Below are positions 45,309-62,974 of a stretch of DNA of 64,000 nt, one piece after another. The position numbers were made by a program, and so were the translations under genes. Each line of letters opens with the position of its first letter. Positions within the stretch are counted from its first letter, which is position 1. Location: NCBI RefSeq assembly GCF_009914755.1, contig NC_060927.1; one strand, 5' to 3'. The stretch comes from the human T2T-CHM13v2.0 reference genome, Homo sapiens. The notes beneath the pieces are model-generated. The model was not told the origin of the DNA. It worked only from the letters and a program-made list of their open reading frames with translations, and ran no database searches.

Positions 45309-47552
45309 CACCCTGGTGCCACAGCCCACGGAATCTGCTGGGTCAAGGTCAACAACGAACCCCCCTGCCACCCCCAGCCCAGGCCAGCATGCCCAGGTAG
45401 AAGCCAAGAGGAAAACAGTGCCTCCATCCTGCACTGGGTGGTGGTGACGGGGGTAGGGTGCTCCCCTCCCTTTGGGAAATATCCAGCCAGGCTTTCTCGC
45501 CATTGTCTACCAAACTTACTTGTCTTCCCAAGTAAAGGCCAAACCTCCATCTGAAGCTCAAGCAGTGTTAATGCCTCTCCCTTCGTAACACCCACCTCTG
45601 CAAGGAAGTTCTTCAGACGTAACACACATTTTTGCGAGGGGCATAGTATCAAAGATTAGGAAAGGAGATAGGTGATGCCTCTTTTTCTTAGGCAAAGAGC
45701 TGAAATGCTACTTTCTGAGTGAGGGCTCACTATGTGCTGGGCAGGGCCAGATGGCTGCACAGCCCGGGGGGGTACCTGTTGACATGACATTTGTGTGAGG
45801 GGCACCTGCTGGTCCTCACAGCAGCCAAGGTACATGCTGAGAATCCTCACTACATCCTGCTGGGGACAGTAAAATTCTCTCAGAGAAAGAAACCGAGCTT
45901 CAAGGCGAGGACTCAGACCCAAATGTGTCTGATCCATTCCATGCCAACCCTAGACAAGGATCAGAGGACATTTCCTCACCATGTGGCCTTGGGCAAGTTA
46001 TTCCAATTCTATTGGCCTGGGTTCCCTCTTCTGAAAAATGGACATCCTACTTACTTTTGAGATGTTGTGAAGATTAAATGAGTTAACACATTCAAAGAGC
46101 TTAGAATAGTAGGTGGGCTCGCTCCTTCACAGTTGCTTTAAAAAAATGTTTAAGCATTATCAGCATTATTACTCTAGTAGCAGCAGCAGTAGATACTATC
46201 CCGGTTGAGGTTTCCTTGCCAACCCAACACCTGGGAAGCAGGACCAGTGCCCTTCTCGTCCACCAGATGGCAGCATCACAGAACGGACAGGCCCTTTCTA
46301 GCTGCCTCTGTGCGCACGATTTGTAGGGAAGCCCTCCAGCTTCCCCAGAGGCCTGGGAGAGAACCAGCAGCTCCTCCAAAGCAGGATATCAGAAGTCAGG
46401 CTCCTTCACCCACTGGCCCCTGTTCTCAGCCCAGCTCTCTAGGATTTCCTGCCCTAGGACTGCCCATATGCAGATAATGTGCACCCTGGGGGCCCAGGGT
46501 CTGGATCTCCGCAAGTTCACCATTTGTATTTGCCAAATGCTTCGCACAGCACCAGGCCGAGGAACCTTCTCAGGAACTGTCTGATGAACCCGCTGGGTCT
46601 AAACTACCCCAACGAAGGTCCAGCTCTTTCTGGGTGCTTCCTGCTGAAAGCCACCCCAAACCCCTCCCGGCTGACCTCCAGTGCCTTCTAGGGGTTGGCT
46701 GCTCCATCTGCTTCCGGCCTTCCACGTAGACACAAGGACTGTGGGGTTCCCAGGAAGGGCTTTCAGAAAGACTCTCTTGGCTCCATTTTCACAGGCTTCA
46801 TACACACACACACAGTCCTACCATGGCCTCTACCTTGGGAGACCCCAAACCCTGACCTCTGGGCTCTGGCCTGCTCACTTGCAACCAGCATTGGCCATGT
46901 CGTGTGAGGGCATGCTGCCTTAGATCACAGATGGAGCTTATTAAAAGGGCGGTTTCCAAAGCCTCACCTAGGGCCAGTGGTCCTCAAAGTGCTGTTCCAG
47001 GACAAGGGCAACACATCTCATGGGAACTTAACAGGAAATGCAAATTCTCCCCACACTCCCACTGAATCCAAAACCCTGGGTTGGGGTCGAGCAAGCTGTG
47101 CATTAATACACCCTCTAGGTGAAGCTGCTGTGCGGGGAAGTATGAGACCCACTGGCCTGCCCTCTTCCCTTCTTCTGTGGCTGCAGGATTCGTCTCTGCA
47201 GATGGTGCCAAATCTCTCCCTCCAGCACTCCGGTGGGTCTAACTCATCATCTCCAAGAGTGGTGTGGTTGGTGGGTGATGTAGTGCACCACCTGACACAG
47301 TTGTGGTCCACATTTTTCCAATATGATGGTGCTCAAAGCTATTGTGTCTTAGTTTTTAATCTCGATGAAAATATGTAATGTTTTCATTACAGTTGCTTAG
47401 CAAATAGAACCCTGACTTGTGACAGCTGTCTCCACAAAATATCAAGTTACATGAGCTATCTTGTTTCCAACAGCTGTAATATTTTTCTCCTCCAAGGAAG
47501 GAGGAGACATTGAGGTGATCCTGTTATAGAGAGGAGAGGAAGAGATGCAGAT

Positions 47553-47553
<1 letters not shown>

Positions 47554-47584
<31 letters not shown>
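47554..47584. repeat. (CA)n microsatellite
   Basis: About 15 tandem AC units. Confidence 0.93.
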
Positions 47585-47587
<3 letters not shown>

Positions 47588-48237
47588 TGCATGCACACAC
47601 ATGCAATGTCACTGAGAGCCCTTGCTCTGAGGAAGGACCAGGCCTGGGATGGGAGCAGGTGTGGTACCTGGAGGATTGAGAGGTACAGCCCCATACTTAA
47701 GGAAGCTCACAATCTCGAATGGACAGATATGCTTTTGGCAGAAAGTGTGAAGAGTTAATTTCCTTCCCTGCCACTCCCCTCCAAGAAAAGAGCTTCATGG
47801 AACTCAGAATTGCTATCCAGATCCTCCATACACAGAGTAAGGGAGAAAAGACAGACTTATTTCCTGTGAAAATGGATCTGGTGCATTATGTAAACAAGTC
47901 TCTCTTGATGCTGGAAGCTGCTGGAAAATTAATTTTTTGTAATTACAAGTAAACTTGTATGTTTCTCAGAAACTGTCAACCAAATTGTCATGATTCTATA
48001 AATAGAAGTGTAGTGGATTGAACAGTGGCCCCAAGAAGATGTTGACCTAAAAGGAAGAAGATGAGGCAAAATTAATATAAGTAGAGAGTGTATTTGGGCC
48101 AAGCTTGAGGATTGCAACATGGAAGCATAGATACAAGTTGCCCTGAATACACACTCCAATTAGCAGCAATTGCAAGTGGAGTTTTAAAGGCAAAGTAGGG
48201 GACAGGGAGTGGACTGTACAAAGTTGTTTGTCAGGAA

Positions 48238-48957
48238 TGAAACCACCTTTGCAAAAATTATAACAGTAAGAAAATTATGACAGTGAAAGAGATCTGACCT
48301 AACCAACCTCCATTTTTCCCTTTTACCTCCAAACTGCCCTTAATCATTCCTGGACTTGGACTAAACTAACTGTGGAAGGCATTTAGTTTATAGTTTAAAT
48401 TATAACAGCCTTTGCCCAAAACTAAACCACCTTGGTAAAACTAATGAAAGACCACCAGGTTAGAAGGATGAGGGGAACCTGACTTCTGGTAGGGTGTAGA
48501 CGTAAACAATTACAAGCCATTATTCTAGAGGTGACGAGATTTGCAACTTCCCCAGTTACTCCTGCAGATAACATCACTCTTGTAGAACCCAAGATTGGCC
48601 TTTTGAGATGTCTTTTCAGGTTTTTGCATTTCTGACAAATGATAGCTCCACCTAGACCCTCCAACTGGTCCTGTGCCCCCACCCAGAAGTTGACTGAGCA
48701 TGCACGAAGACCATTTTCCACACCCTGATGATTGCGTCCCCAACCAATCAGCAGCACCCATTCCCTGGCCTGCCAAACTATCTTTGAAAAATCCTAGCCT
48801 CCAAATGTTCAGAGAATTGATTTGAGTAATAACTCCATCTCCCATATTGTGTGGCTGGACTCATGTCAATTAAATTCTTTCTGTATTGCAATTCCATAGT
48901 CTCAGTGAATTGGTTTTGTCTGTATAATGGGCAGAAAGAACCCATTAGGTGATGACA
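48238..48957 (+). mobile_element. LTR8-family solo LTR (ERV1)
   Basis: TGAAACCACCTTTGCAAAAATTATAAC...TGACA; perfect TSD GGAA (48234-48237 and 48958-48961). Confidence 0.8.
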
Positions 48958-49085
48958 GGAATTCTCACGGGCTTACAGAAATAACATTGATTAATGATTG
49001 GCTACACATTGTTAAGCTATGGAGTGTGGGTTATAGGTTAATTTATAGCTACTTGTGGCCCTAGCAAGTAGTTTCAAGAGATGCA

Positions 49086-50265
49086 TGTCAATGAAAAGAG
49101 CCAAACTCTGTAAAATATTTGAAGAGATTTATTCTGAACCAGATGTCAGTGACCAAGGCCCATGATACAGCCCCAGGAGGTCCTGAGAACATGTGCCCAA
49201 TGTGGTCAGGCTGCAGCCTGGCTTTATATGTTTTAGGGAGACATAAGACATCAATCAATACATGTAAGGTATGCATTGGTTTGGTCTGGAAAGGTGGGAC
49301 AACTTGAAGGGAGAAGGCTTATGGGTCACAAGTGGATTCAAAGATTTTCTGATTGGCAATTGGTTGAAAGAGTTATTATCTAAAAACCTGCAATTAATAG
49401 AAGGGAGTAACTGGGTTAAGAGAAGGGATTGTGGAGACCAACGTTCTTACTATGCAGACAAAGCCTCCAAGTAGCAGGTTTCAGAGAGAATAGCTGGTAA
49501 ATGTCTCTAATCAGAACTAAAAAGGTGCCAGAATCTTAGTTAAACTCTCCTGGATCAGGAAAAGACCTGGAAAGGAAAGAGGGTTCTATAGATTTTCCCC
49601 ACAAGAGACAGCTTTGCAGGGTTATTTCAAAATATGTGAAAGAATCCGGGCGCAGTGGCTTGCGCTTGTAATCCCAGCACTTTGGGAGGCCGAGACAGGT
49701 GGATTACCTGAGGTCAGGTGTTCGAGACCAGCCTGACCAACGTTGCAAAACCCCGTCTCTACCAAAAATACAAAAATTAGCCGGGTGTGGTGGCGGGCAC
49801 CTGTAATCCCAGTTAACTGGGAGGCTGAGGCAGGAGAATCACTTGATTCAGGAGGTGGTGGTTGCAGTGAGCAGAGATCACGCTGTTGCACTCCAGCCTG
49901 GGCAACGAGAGTGAAACCATCTCAAAAAAAATATATGTAAAAGAAATATATTTTTGGGGTAAAATACTTTGATTTCTTTCAGGGCCTTTATCTGTCATGT
50001 GATGCTATACTAGAGTCAGTCTGGAATTTGGTATCTTATTGCTACAAAGAGTCTGTTTTGTCACTCTTAATATCTCTGTTTTAAGGTTAATGCTGATTGG
50101 CTGTGCCTGAATTCCAAAGAGGGGAGGGTATAGTGAGGCATGTCCAACCCATCCTTACCATCATGGCCTGAACTACTTTTTCATACTGACTTTGGAATGC
50201 CTTTGGCTGAGAGGAGGGATCCAGTCAGTCAGTTTGGGAGCTTAGAATTTTATTTTTGGTTTACA
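49086..50265 (-). mobile_element. MER4-family LTR containing a + strand AluS (49646-49930)
   Basis: Ends CTTAGAATTTTATTTTTGGTTTACA (reverse complement of the MER4 start); AATATTTGAAGAGATTTATTCTGA; TSD not resolved. Confidence 0.8.
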
Positions 50266-50848
50266 CTTACACAGCTCAAAGTGGGGAGTAGGGCGTGATT
50301 GCTGTCTTATTTTAATGCTTCTCTGGGTGGGCCTAATAATTTCAAAGAGCTCACATTCCTCCACTGAGAGTCCTTTTCTTTCCTCAAAAATATGCCCAGG
50401 TCCTAACCTCCAGTACCTAGGAATGTGACCTTATGTGGAAATAGAGTCTTTGCAGATAGAACTAAGGATCTCAAGATGAGATCATCCTGGATTTATGGTG
50501 GGCCCCAAATCCAATGACTGGTGTTCTTACAAGAGAAAGAAGAGAGAAATTGGAAACACATAGAGCAGAATACCTTGTGAAGACAAAGGCAGGTGTGGCA
50601 GTGATGCATCTACAAGCCAAGAAATGCCAAGGATTGCCAAGCCACAGAAGCCAGGAAAGAGGCATGGAGTGGGTTCTCCCTCAGAGCCTCCAGAAGGATC
50701 CATGCTGCCAACACCCTGATTTTGGACATCTGGCCTCCAAAACAGAATAAATTTCTGTGGTTTTAAACCACCCAGTTTGCAGTAATTTGTTACAACAATC
50801 CCAGGAAACTAATTCAAGAATATGATGTGGTATTTTGTGGCAACAAAT

Positions 50849-51502
50849 TGTAACCTGAGGGGTTCTTCCAGCCTGCTGCACAAAGAAAGACCACAGCATT
50901 GCAGCAAAGAAAACAGTTTAGTAGACATGAAGCTGGCCATACCACATGGGAGATGGAGTTAGTACTCAAATCAATCTCATCCAAAGCTCCTTTCTCAAGG
51001 GCAGTCTGGGGGAAGGGGTGGGAGTGGCTAGGCTTGCTGCTGTTTGGTTGGAATAGAGATGAAATTATAGGGGTCAAAGCTGTCCTCCTAGGCACTGAAT
51101 CACTTCTGGGTGGGGCCACAGGAGCAGAATTGGTGGTTCCAGGTGGAGCCATGGGTGTCAGACATGCAAAAAACCTGAAAAGGTATCGCAAAAGGCAAAT
51201 CTACAATAGTGGTGTGATCTGCAGGAATGGCTGACGATCTATGTCTACACCTTAGCAGAATCAGCCTCCTCTCTGCCCCCTAGGCTGATGGTCTTTCATT
51301 AGCTTTACAAAGGTGGTTGAGTTTTGGGGAAAGGCTATCATCATTTAAACTATAACCTAAACATCTCTCAAAGTTAGCTGGGCCCAAAAGCCCAGGAACA
51401 ATTAGGGAAAGGCAAGATGGGTGCCAGGGGGCAGGGGAGGGGTTAAATCAGCTCACTGTTATAATTTTTCTCGCTCTTATAATTTTTGCAAAGGTGGTTT
51501 CA
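50849..51502 (-). mobile_element. LTR8-family solo LTR (ERV1)
   Basis: TGTAAC...ATAATTTTTGCAAAGGTGGTTTCA; perfect TSD AAAT (50845-50848 and 51503-51506). Confidence 0.8.
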
Positions 51503-51944
51503 AAATTTGAAAGTCTAGAAAGAAGACAGATGATTCTCTGATAACATTTTATATTGCCAAACATGACTCAGAAAGAAGTAGAAAACTTGAACAGTTCAGC
51601 AATAATAGAAAAATGTGGAAAATGTGTTAAAGATTTATCACTTCACAAAGCACCAACCTGAGATTATTTTACTGCTAAATTTTACTTAACTCCCCCAAAG
51701 AAACAATTCTCTTACTATTCAAACTATAAAAGACTAGCAAGAAAAGTCCCAAAGTCATTTAGTAAGACTAGAAATACCTTAGCATCAAAGTCTGGTAAAG
51801 CAAGCAGAGAAAATAAATGAGAAATTTCACTTATAAAAATAGATGTAAACATTATAATACTAATAAATCTGACAGCATATAAAAGGAATAATCTGCCATA
51901 TTGAAAGCAGTTCTTCCTCATATCTGAGTTTTGGCATAAGCCCC

Positions 51945-52738
<794 letters not shown>

Positions 52739-53382
52739 CCCCAAAGGCCAAGAACAAGAGCCAGCTTGTCAAGTCCTCCCATTCTTGAGGGAGACAGCTG
52801 GCCTCTGTGCCAGCCTAAGAGGGCCCTTCAGACCCTGAGGTTTCCTTCAGAGGCTGAAGAGTGAGAGTGAGGACATCTTTGGATAGCGCTGTCAGTGAGC
52901 ATACTCCATCTGGCCTTCTGCCTCCCCTCCCTCCTCAAGTCAAAAGAGGGTCTCCTGAGACCTGAGGGACAGAAGAACTAATACAAACTCAGGGTAAGAG
53001 GCTGTGGCTGGAGCTGCCCTTCTGTGGTGGCAGATCATGGGTGAGGACTGTCTGAAGGAAGGCCTGCATTTCCAGCCTTCACTGGGTAACAGCATGTGCA
53101 TATTTCCTGTGGGCGCTGTGGAAGGGAGTGGTATTTAGTAGGGATCCCCACACTTGGCAAAAGAACAGCCAGGAGGCTGAGGGAGAAGTCTACATTGCCA
53201 ACTTGAGGAGGTGTTGCCTGGATCAAAGGTTCTGTAAGAGAGGGAGCCTCAGTGCTGGGGAGTGGGTCCCCCTCCGTAACTATAAGTGCAACACCCACTG
53301 AGGGTGCCAGCACCAACTAACAGTGGCACCAAACTAGTAGGGACTTCCTGCTCCTCATCTCTCCTCTCTCCCAGAGGGCCCC

Positions 53383-54756
<1,374 letters not shown>

Positions 54757-55192
54757 AGAGGTGAAGCTGCTGTCCCCATCACAGATTTCCCAGCTGAAGG
54801 CAGCACGAAGGGAGAGGAGAAATTTAAGTTAGCTAAAAGACTGGAGTTTTAATATTGTTTAATATTGTATTGAACAGGGCTTTTTATTACTAAAATGAAA
54901 CTGTTCTTAGACAACAAATGATTGGAAAAACTCTGAAAGTGGCCCATGTTTTCATCCCGTGGAGGAAGAGCACACCCCGGTGGGCTTGGAAAGCAATGGG
55001 AAAAGTTCACTTTCTCCTTGCACCTTACTGAGTAGACATTTGTGCAACAAACTGGTTCCACCAGGAATGCAAGTGTGGTTCAGTATTAGGATAATTTTTA
55101 AACCATGTGATCATACCTGTAGATGTTGGGAAGACATTTGATAAAATTCAGTATACATTCCTAATAGAAAACACTGTATAAAATAGGAATCA

Positions 55193-55540
55193 GGCCGGGC
55201 AGAATGGCTCATGCCTGTAATCCTAGCACTTTGGCAGGCCAAGGCAGGTGGATTGCTGGAGCTCAGGAGTTCGAGACCAGCCTGGGCAATGTGGCAAAAC
55301 CCTGTCTCTGCAAAAAAATACAAAAATTAGCCAGGGTGGTGGGGCACACCTGTAGTCCCAGCTACTCAGGAGGCTGAGGTGCAAGGATCGCTTGAACCTG
55401 GGAGGTTGAGGCTGTGGTGAGAGATCGCGCCACTGCACTCAAGCCTGGGGTCAGAGTGAGACCCTATCTCAAAAATAAATATAAAATAAAATAAATAAAA
55501 TAAAATAAAATAAAATAAAATAAAATAAAATAAAAATCAA
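55193..55540 (+). mobile_element. Alu (AluJ-like) with long (TAAAA)n tail
   Basis: Full dimer plus about 11 TAAAA units. Confidence 0.9.
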
Positions 55541-55594
55541 AAGAAACAACCTAACATTTTAAAGACTGTGTACCTGAAACCAGTAACTCATGTC

Positions 55595-55932
<338 letters not shown>

Positions 55933-56142
55933 ATGCCTATTTTTTTTAATGCAGAAAAGTACAAAGAAAAACAAAAATCACTCATATTTTCATCACCTAG
56001 AACTAATAATTTGGCTATTTGCTTATGGCTTTTTAAATAAAAATTATTATACTGCATAATACACGTTTATTAAAAATAATTAAACTATAAAAAAGTACAA
56101 TAAAGTTAAAAAAAAAATCACCAACCAGAAACAGTCATAATT

Positions 56143-56613
<471 letters not shown>

Positions 56614-56699
56614 TCATCATTAATATCAGGTAAACATCATTTCAGGTATCTTTCCATACATATTTACAGATGGACAGAGATACATGGATACATACATTT

Positions 56700-57985
56700 A
56701 ATTTTACTTAAATTTGCATCTGTGTTTGTGAAGAATACTGGTCTATAGTTCTCTCTTCCTGTAGTGTCTTCATCTGGTTTTCATATTAAGGTAATACTGG
56801 CCTCATAAAATGAATTTGGGAAGTGTTCTATATTTCCATATTTAAAAAAAGTTTGTATAGTATTGCTATTGTTAAAAGAAAAGTGTTTCATCAAATTCAT
56901 GAGTAAAGGCTTCTGGGCCTGGATTTCTTCTGTGGGACATTTTAAATTACAAGTTCAATATTTGGAATTAATATAAGGATATTCAAATTTTCTGTTTCTT
57001 CTTTGGTAGTTTGTGTCCCTGAAGAAATTTTTCTGTTTCATCTAGGTGGCTCAATTATTTTGCATGAAGTTGTTCATAATATTCTATTCCCTTATCATCC
57101 TTTTAATATCTGTGGAGGCCATAGTTATGTCCCGTCTTTCATTCCTGATATTAATACTTTGTCTTTTCTCTTTTTTCCTTGCTTAGTTTAGCTAAAAGCT
57201 TATCAATTTTGTTGATATTTTCAAAGACCCAGTTTTTTATTTCATTGATTTTCTCTATTGTTGATCTATGTTTTATTTAATTAATTACTGTACTTGTCTT
57301 TATGATTTTCTTTCCTCTACTTTAGGTTTAATTTACATTTCTTTTTCCAATTTATTGAGGTAGGAATGCAGATCACTGGTTTTAGGCTTTTCTTCATTCT
57401 AATATAAACAAACATTTAAAGCTATAAATTTTTTTCTTAGCACTGCTTTAGCTGCATCTGATAAAATTTAATATGTTGTTATCATTAGATTAAAATATTT
57501 TCCAATTTCCTTTGTGATTTCTTTTTTGACCTATGGATTATATAGAATGTGTTGTTTAATTTTCAGATATCTTGGGTTTTTCTAATTATCTGATTTTTCT
57601 TAAGCTCTAATGTAATTCCACTGTGATCAGAGAATATACTCTCCATAATTTCAGACCCTTTAATTATCTGGACTATTATAAGGTGTATCATATACCCTTG
57701 AAAAGAAGGTGGTTGGCCATTTTGTTGTACAGAGTCCTTCAAATATCAATTAAGTCAAAATCATAGTGACAGAAAATAGAATGGTGGTTGCGGGTAGTTG
57801 GAGGGTGTGGAGGGGAATGGGGAGTTATTGTTTAATGGGTATAAAGTTTTGGTTTTGCAAGAAGAGTTCTGGAGATGGTGATGATGGTTACACAGCAATA
57901 CGAGTGTACTTAATACCACTGAGCTGTACCCTTAAGAATGGTTAGGATAGTAAATATTATATGTATTTTGCAACAATAAAAAGCT
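56700..57985. mobile_element. Old L1M fragments (antisense ORF2 portion, then a sense 3' end at ~57760-57985)
   Basis: GGTAATACTGGCCTCATAAAATGA; GAAAATAGAATGGTGGTTGC...AATACCACTGAGCTGTAC. Confidence 0.7.
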
Positions 57986-58040
57986 TTTAAAATTATACAG
58001 ATAAAACACAAACACATTCGTGTTGTAAAAAGTCAAACAA

Positions 58041-58358
<318 letters not shown>

Positions 58359-58761
58359 TCAAACAATACAAACAAAACCCTAGTTCTTCCTTGACAACTT
58401 CCCCATCTGGATATACAGCCTTACACACATTGTGTCTGACCCAGTCCTCATGACCACTCTGTGATATAAATATTATGATCTGCATTTTACAGATAAGGAA
58501 ACAGAACTGCAGATTCTCTAGTTCCAGAGTCAGTAAGTGCTTGAGTCTCAATTTAAACCCAAACAAATGCTAGAGATTCTGATTTTACCCTGTGCTCCCT
58601 AGCCTCCTCCTGTAGGTCAGGCTCGAACTCAGGCACTGAGGCAGAAAGATGTATCGGATACAGCTGCTGCCCCCAAAGAATCTCCAGTCAGACAGAGGGA
58701 ACAAACACAGAAAATTACTCTAGCTCTGTATGGAAATACAAAAGTAAAACTAATGACACCA

Positions 58762-59868
<1,107 letters not shown>

Positions 59869-60054
59869 TCAGCCTACTCACTGCACTATCTGCAGAGCAC
59901 TTTTCCTTACCTGCTGTTTTCTTGTACTTTGTTTAAATTTTGGTGTCTGTCTTTCTACACTAGAATGTCAGCTGCATGAGAGCAGTGAGCCTGTCGGTTC
60001 TGTTCACCCTGAATCTCTTATGCCCGGAACAGTGCCTGGCACTCAGTAGAAGGC

Positions 60055-60492
60055 TGTATTCATTTCCTAGGGCTGCAGTAACGAAGTGCCGCAAACTGGA
60101 TGGCTTAAAACAACAGGAATGTATTCTCCCACAGTTCTGGAGGCCAGCAGGGCTGAGCTCTCTCCCAAGGCGCTAGGGAAAAATCCTTCCTTGCTTCTTT
60201 CCAGCTCCTGGTGGGTGCCAGGAATCCTTGACATTCCTCCCCTGTAGTTGTACCACTCTGGTTTCTACGTGTGTCTTCACATGGCCTTCCCTTCCTGTGT
60301 CTCCTCTGTGTCGCTATCTCTGAATCTCTCTTTTCTTATAAGGACACCAGTCATTGGACTTAGGGCCCACCCTAATTGAGTATGATCTCACCTTAACTTG
60401 GTTACATCTGCAGAGACTCTATTTGAAATAAGATTACATTCATAGGTACCAAGGGTTAGGACTTCAACATAGACACAATTCAGTCCACACTA
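60055..60492 (-). mobile_element. MLT1 (ERVL-MaLR) LTR within an L2 3' end
   Basis: TGTATTCATTTCCTAGGGCTGC...GGCTTAAAACAACAG...TATAAGGACACCAGTCATTGGACTTAGGGCCCACCCTAAT...ACACAATTCA. Confidence 0.8.
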
Positions 60493-60813
60493 GTGACCAA
60501 CGAATATTTATTTGAGCTACTGTTCTTTCAATAGTTGGTATGTAATAGGATACACTCTCAAATGTGTTCAGGCAAAGGCTGTGGAAGGCATTATTCTCCC
60601 CAGGTTTTGCTGTGATCAAACCATCTATAAAATATTTTTTTGCTGGTAGTAGTAACTAGATGTCCAGGTCAAGGGAAATAAAGTCTCCAGTGTTCTAGGC
60701 ACAGATTCCATCCCAGGTAGGGTATAGAGTTTTCAATGCCATATTCTCAATGTTCTCATATATTTAATTTGTGAGAGTAATTTAATGACAAATAAGGTTT
60801 TAAAAGTGGGGGG

Positions 60814-61125
60814 GGGCAGGCACAGTGGCTCACGCCTGTAATCTCAGCACTTTGGGCGGCTGAGGTGGGTGGATTGAGGTCAGGGGTTCGAGACCAGCCT
60901 GGCCAACATGGCAAAACTCCATCTTTACCAAAAATACAAAAATTATCTGGACATGGTGGCAAGTGTCTATAATCCTAGCTACTCAGGAGGCTAAGGCAGG
61001 AGAATCGCTTGAATCTGGGAGGCCGAGGTTGCGGTGAGCTGAGATTGCCTTACTGCACTCCAGATGGGGCAACAGAGTGAGACTCCATCTCAAAAAATAA
61101 ATAAAATAAAATAAAAAATAAAATA
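60814..61125 (+). mobile_element. Alu (AluS-like)
   Basis: Full dimer with (TAAAA)n tail. Confidence 0.9.
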
Positions 61126-62974
61126 ACTTTAAAAAGGAGGGGGGTGAAATCATAATCCCATCACCCTAACGTACTTTGGAGAAGTTTTAGAAGAGGAACA
61201 TTCCAGGTAGAGAGAACAGCAAGTACAAAAGCCTTGCAGCATAAATGAGCTTGATGTGTTCAAGGAAAGAAAGGCGATGCAGCTGGGGATGGCAATGTCC
61301 CACAGGTCGTCTCAGGCTGGGCATCTGTCTCAGTGGGTGTCCATCCAGTTCACAAACCAACAACCTTCCTTTCTCTAGTAATCCCCCCACAAACTCACTA
61401 CCTTCCACACCCCCTCCCAAACTAGCCCAGGTTGAGGTGTGGACTTGCTGTGTGTGAAGGATGAAGGGGATGACAGATTCAGCAGGATCCTGTCTCCAAG
61501 GGGTTTGGAATTGGGACAGGATAAGGGTCAAGGCAGTCTCTCTGGATTGGTGAGACCTGTGTCCTCCATCTCTGGATGTTGGGGGGAAAGTGCTGTGTTC
61601 TGCACTTCAACCAGACAGGCAGGTCAGCAGGGAGGGCCACAAGGATGAGGAGCGCAGTTCTGGCAGTTAGTTTCCTGGTCCGTCCATCCTGAGAGCCAGA
61701 CACATTCTGCCTCAGCTTCCAGGAGAATTCCCAGTATCCCTAGCCTACACTCTCTTTTGCTTCAGCAGACCTGGGTTAACCAATAGAGAAATATTTTGAG
61801 GAAAGAATTCTGTGGTCAAATAATCTGGGAAACACTGGGTTAAATAGAATTTAATAACTTTTTGTCTGAAGGACTTCTCAGAGCCTTTACTAGGACTGTG
61901 TACATGCAACTCTCAAGAAGGAACTCCAGCGAGCAGCATTTCTTCCGTTGATTTCCCAGGCTACACTGGGAGAATGTTAAGTTGGGGGACTTTAAGCCTC
62001 TGTTTTGGCTGAGTCCTGGAAAGCCAAGAACAATAGAGAAGGGTCCAGGTATTCTGACCACCAGGAACTCACGTATTGTTGAAAAAACTCATTGCAGTAA
62101 GTAATTTTATCCAAGAGAGAGGATAAAGCCAGAGAGAGAAAAAGAGAGTGACAGAGCAAGAGTCAGAACGAGAACGGGAGACCGGGGCGGGGTGGGGAGG
62201 GGGGAGGGAGGGAGAGAGAGAAAAGGAAAGAGAATATTTTGATTGCTATCCATCGGCTCCAGCCTTTCGATAAAGCTGTTGAAACAGTAGAGTCATTCCA
62301 AATCACTCTGGTACATTTGTCAACTCCAAAATCACATTCCAGTAATTGATGTGAGCCCTTTCATGTGGCCGTCTGAAATATATGCTATCCGCAAGACGAT
62401 TTACTATCCGAACTTAAGAGATTCGGAGCTCCACCTGCTCTGATCATTAAAGGGTTAGAAACCATGGGCTTCACCATTGACTCTCAGGCACCTCGGGGCT
62501 TCCTCTTCATATTTCCTTTTATTCGCCGGTCGCTTGCCCTTGTTGGGCGCCCCACAGATGGCCAAGACGGGCCGGTCCCCGGAAGTTCCCCGTCTGATGA
62601 TGCAGGGAATGACGATCCAAACAGACACCTAGAAGAGAGGATGGGGAGAGCGGGGCAGAGGGTTTTGTGGCGCGCAGGAGGGGCCCTGAGCTCGGCTTGG
62701 TGAGGCTGGGGGCTAGGTCCAAGCTTTACAGATGCCAGAGGAGCTGGCAGCGTTGCAGGCTCTAGGGGCCAGTTGGAGGGCCGGGACGCAGGACCTGAGG
62801 CTGGGGAGGCCTGGCTGAGCCTGTCCAGGGAGGGCCTCGAATGCCAGCTGAGTCCAGACTATACTGTGTATTATAGACCGCGTGTAGGAAACAGGTTTTA
62901 GGTGATGTTTATCCATGATAAGCCAGTTGTACACAGGTGTTGGTGAGTCATTAACCACCTAGGGCAGCACTTGG

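Larger units (their letters stand above)
48040..50386 (-). mobile_element. ERV1 MER4-group solo LTR (family unassigned), itself split by an LTR8-like and a MER4 element
   Basis: TGTTGACCTAAAAGG...CTTTTCTTTCCTCA termini; near-TSD AAGA/AAAA; same terminal motifs as the element at 51945-52738. Confidence 0.65.
48009..50816 (+). mobile_element. MLT1 LTR, split (48009-48039 and 50387-50816) by nested LTR insertions
   Basis: TGTAGTGGATTGAACAGTGGCCCC...resumes TATGCCCAGGTCCTAACC...GAATGTGACCTTAT...GGAAACTAATTCA; near-TSD AGAAG/AGAAT. Confidence 0.75.
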
